This document shows positions 37,594 through 40,436 of a stretch of DNA of 40,436 nt, piece by piece (within the stretch, counting starts at the first letter, position 1; every line of letters starts with the position of its first letter). The DNA lies in the IMG/VR virus record IMGVR_UViG_3300020216_000031, positions 1 through 40,436 of that record; one strand, given 5' to 3'. A program made the translations under genes and the position numbers. Below the pieces are notes generated by a model, which saw nothing but the letters and a program-made list of their open reading frames with translations, ran no database searches and was not told the DNA's origin. The DNA comes from a virus (lineage: Duplodnaviria; Caudoviricetes).

Positions 37594-37887
37594 ATGGAAC
37601 AAATTATTGCATTTGCGGGCGTGATTTCAGTTATCACAATCGCATTAGTACAAGTATTAAAGAAATTGAATGTAGTGCCTAAAAACTGGCTACCTGTTGC
37701 AGGTATGCTTATCGGTGTAGTTATTGGCGGCGTGACTGTTTTCATTCCTGAAATTGTTTCAGAATTGTCTATTGGAGGTCGCTTATTGGCTGGTCTGATT
37801 AGTGGCTTAATGGCTACAGGTATTTGGGAAACATTCAAAAACCGCGAGGGAACTAAGGCAAATAAAATCGGAGGCGGTGCTAAGTAA
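37594..37887 (+). CDS. Holin (A118-like, three TM helices)
   Basis: LVQVLKK...KNWLP...GLISGLMATGIWE; coupled to the lysin. Confidence 0.88.
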   Translation: MEQIIAFAGVISVITIALVQVLKKLNVVPKNWLPVAGMLIGVVIGGVTVFIPEIVSELSIGGRLLAGLISGLMATGIWETFKNREGTKANKIGGGAK

Positions 37888-39620
37888 TGGCAAGAAAACA
37901 TATAGGTAAATGGAACGGCGTAGACGTTTATTTCGACTTATTGCCAATTGGAACAAGACGAAGTGGTCAAAAACTCACAACAGGCACACCAGCGTTCGCA
38001 GTAGCGCATGACACAGGTAACAAAGGCACTACAGCACAAAACAATGTGGACTATTACAGAAATTCATACAACATTGACTGGGCGCTTGTAGCAAGTGCGC
38101 ATATTTTCGTTGATGACAAAGAGGCAATCGTTTGCATACCCGTAACTGAGAAAGCATGGCACGTGGTGTACAATGCTGTTACGGATAATAACTGGTACGG
38201 CCTAGACGCAAATGATGCAGCGTTTGGCGTTGAGGGCTCATATTTCACAGATAAGGCACGCTCTAAGAAGTCACTTGATAACTTGGCTCGAGTGCTGGCA
38301 TACCTTTGTGACTATTGGAAAATAGACCATAAAACAGAAATGCCAGGTCATCAAAATATACAAGCAGGCAAAGTCGACCCCGGTAACTTACTCGAGGCAG
38401 CAGGTTACAGCCGTAATATAAGCAATCTTGATAAATTAGTAAACAAATACATAGGTGGCGTACAGGAAGATGACAACATGCCTGATGAGGTGAAAGAGCC
38501 GACAAAAGAAAAACCGACACAGTCGCCTCAATCGCAAGTTAAGCTGAAAGAGGCTATCGAGTACATGCACAGCATGAGAGGTCAGCTCATTGATTTTGAT
38601 AGAGAGTTTGCTTATCAGTGTGTCGATGTTATCACTGATTTTGTGCATCATGTTACAGGCGGCGTGAGATTTTGGGGCAATGCAAAAGACCTCATCAACA
38701 ATGTTATGCCTAAAGGCTGGAAAGTTGTCAAAAACACGCCTGACTATATCCCACCTGTTACAGCAATTGCTGTGTACACTGAGGGCATCTATAGCAAATG
38801 GGGTCACACAGGCCTAGTGTGGGATAACTCAGGAGGCACTGAAACATTTACTATCTTAGAGCAGAACTATGACGCTCAGGCTAACAGTCCTGCAAAGCTA
38901 AGAGTAGATGACTATTCAGGCTTAACGCACTTTATCGTCCCTGACTTTGCTGACGACAGTGTAGACCTTGCAGACATCGGCACAGTTAAGCCTAAAGAGG
39001 CGAAAACAGGCAAAGCCTTGAAACTTAACTCAATACCCCCTCAAAGACTTACATGGTCAAATCAAGCCTATTTCAAAGCAGTTGCGGACAATGCAGGGGC
39101 TACGATTTGCAGACCTAACCACAATAATGTGATGACGTTGACTAACGAAGAATACGGACAAGGTGACGTGTTCTATGTTTATGAAATTCGTGACGGCTGG
39201 GCGCGTGTTTACAGCCCTAGCAATGATGGTTATGTTTGGCATGAGCGTTTACGCATTATAGAGGTATACAAGCCAGCAGGTGGCGACAGCAAACACGACA
39301 AACCTGACAAACAGGCTGTAAGTCAAAAAGAGAAAGCGAAGAAAGCTAGTAAGCTAAGAGTGGGAGGTATTCCACCCGCTACAATCAAATGGGGTCGCAG
39401 CGCTAAGTTCAGAGGTAAACTCGACTACTACGGTGCTGCAATCGCAAAACGTTCAGGCAAAAAAGGTAATTACAGCTGGAGCGTGACAAACGAAACTTAT
39501 CCAGCAGGTTATGACGATTTCTATATATTTGAAATATTAGACGGCTGGGCTCGTGTTTACAGCTCAAGCAATAACGGCTGGGTGTGGCATGAGCGCCTAA
39601 GAGTTGTTGAAATTTACTAA
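37887..39620 (+). CDS. Endolysin: Amidase_2 + CHAP + two SH3-like repeats
   Basis: AHDTGN / SAHIFVDD / AWH / KVDPG; YQCVD / WGNAKD / GHTG / ILEQN; two FY.xEI.DGWARVYS..N.G.VWHERLR repeats. Confidence 0.92.
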   Translation: MARKHIGKWNGVDVYFDLLPIGTRRSGQKLTTGTPAFAVAHDTGNKGTTAQNNVDYYRNSYNIDWALVASAHIFVDDKEAIVCIPVTEKAWHVVYNAVTDNNWYGLDANDAAFGVEGSYFTDKARSKKSLDNLARVLAYLCDYWKIDHKTEMPGHQNIQAGKVDPGNLLEAAGYSRNISNLDKLVNKYIGGVQEDDNMPDEVKEPTKEKPTQSPQSQVKLKEAIEYMHSMRGQLIDFDREFAYQCVDVITDFVHHVTGGVRFWGNAKDLINNVMPKGWKVVKNTPDYIPPVTAIAVYTEGIYSKWGHTGLVWDNSGGTETFTILEQNYDAQANSPAKLRVDDYSGLTHFIVPDFADDSVDLADIGTVKPKEAKTGKALKLNSIPPQRLTWSNQAYFKAVADNAGATICRPNHNNVMTLTNEEYGQGDVFYVYEIRDGWARVYSPSNDGYVWHERLRIIEVYKPAGGDSKHDKPDKQAVSQKEKAKKASKLRVGGIPPATIKWGRSAKFRGKLDYYGAAIAKRSGKKGNYSWSVTNETYPAGYDDFYIFEILDGWARVYSSSNNGWVWHERLRVVEIY

Positions 39621-39670
39621 AATTTGTTATTATAAATATACTCCACTTAGTTAATATTATATTATTTTTC

Positions 39671-39709
39671 AGGGTAGGCACTTCGGTTTGTGCTTGCCCT
39701 ATTTTTTTT
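39671..39709 (+). terminator. Late-operon terminator
   Basis: AGGGTAGGCAC-ttcggttt-GTGCTTGCCCT then A and T8. Confidence 0.85.
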
Positions 39710-39763
39710 ATGCAAAATATATTCATAATATATGCAAAACAGGCATTTTATTGCATAAATATG

Positions 39764-40089
39764 TGCGTTGCCCTAAAAGTTATCTCGAAATCGAGGCGTT
39801 GCCACCCGTTGCCACCCGTTGCCTTGATTAGCACCTCTGGGCAACGGGTCAATACTTACAGCCCGTTGAGGTTTAAGGGTACTGTGTCCCTCGTTCCATT
39901 TTTTTCTCTAATAGAGTTAAAATATAGTATAGGGAATATAGAGAGTGTATTATTACATAGGCTATTCCCTAACACGTATTTTTATAAGTTTGGGAATTAT
40001 TTTTTGCGATTTTTGGGCAACGCAAGGGTTGAGCCTTAGAGGCGCAAGGGTTTTGTCCAGTTTCCACCTTAAAAATGGGTGGCAACGCA
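39764..40089. repeat. Second copy of the iteron / origin-like element
   Basis: Gap-free match of 39796-40066 to 15020-15290 (offset 24776). Confidence 0.9.
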
Positions 40090-40229
40090 GAAATTTTGCA
40101 TAAAATGTATAAAAATATGTTTAAAATATAAAGACAAAGTGCAAACAAAACTAGGCAACTTAAAGTGTGAGATAGAAAAAGCATAATGTATTTTGTGAGG
40201 GTTGAATTACTTTTATATTGGGAGGAAAA

Positions 40230-40436
40230 ATGGTAAACATACAAAAAAGAATTGAGGAAGCAAGAAACAAAGGAGAAGTAAAAGCAGTTATAACTGCTCA
40301 AGGGTACACTGAACGATTAAATGCAATAGATGAGCTTCATGAATTAGGGTATGAGTTTGATACTGCTGAGGTGATAAAACCGAATTCTATAGAAAAAGCA
40401 TTTAATATTACAGTGTATGTACCGCCTTTTGTATAG
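40230..40436 (+). CDS. Hypothetical 68-aa protein at the prophage right end
   Basis: GGGAGG RBS; ATG 40230. Confidence 0.7.
   Translation: MVNIQKRIEEARNKGEVKAVITAQGYTERLNAIDELHELGYEFDTAEVIKPNSIEKAFNITVYVPPFV

Larger units (their letters stand above)
1..40436. mobile_element. Temperate siphovirus prophage, probably staphylococcal, near complete
   Basis: Complete ordered modules: integrase, repressor/Cro, replication, terminase, portal, capsid, tail, holin, lysin. Host inferred from gene families. No att sites visible. Confidence 0.95.

Noticed and set aside
39620-39709. Possible short RNA between the lysin and its terminator
   Set aside because: Only a weak -10-like box; an ordinary 3' UTR explains it
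1-40436. att sites, tRNAs, introns/inteins, toxins, diversity-generating retroelement
   Set aside because: None recognised: the window ends at stop codons, polymerase, terminase and lysin look uninterrupted, and there is no reverse transcriptase

Overview
The window is an essentially complete ~40.4-kb temperate siphovirus (prophage) of a low-GC Gram-positive host, most likely a Staphylococcus (inferred from RinA, the PVL ORF50-like gene, the Prp-motif scaffold, an 80alpha-like head/tail and a CHAP/SH3 lysin). It runs from the stop codon of a serine integrase to the stop codon of a small ORF after the lysin; no att site is visible. Module order: lysogeny (serine integrase, DUF4352 membrane protein, ImmA, ImmR/CI, Cro); replication (DUF2800 nuclease, DUF2815 SSB, family A DNA polymerase, accessory cassettes, VapE primase-helicase, VRR-NUC, SNF2 helicase, RinA); SPP1/PBSX-type packaging and head; tail; lysis. 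Main observation: the major capsid and major tail genes both have a +1-frame extension at ACT-CCC encoding a 21-aa peptide that looks like FN3 strands A-B. The 89-aa gene after the capsid encodes an FN3 core that lacks those strands at its N-terminus but carries a third copy at its C-terminus. This suggests a split-FN3 donor-strand system that could polymerise fibres on the head and tail (inference). Other points: a ~270-bp iteron element (probable origin) present twice, 24,776 bp apart; a CTT-CGG-C +1 shift inside the SNF2 Walker A; a -1 shift in immA; an ATC start for Dit; a short antisense transcription unit; 12-bp cassette-junction repeats; and several small ORFs missing from the ORF track. 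All family assignments come from motif recognition by eye, without database searches.
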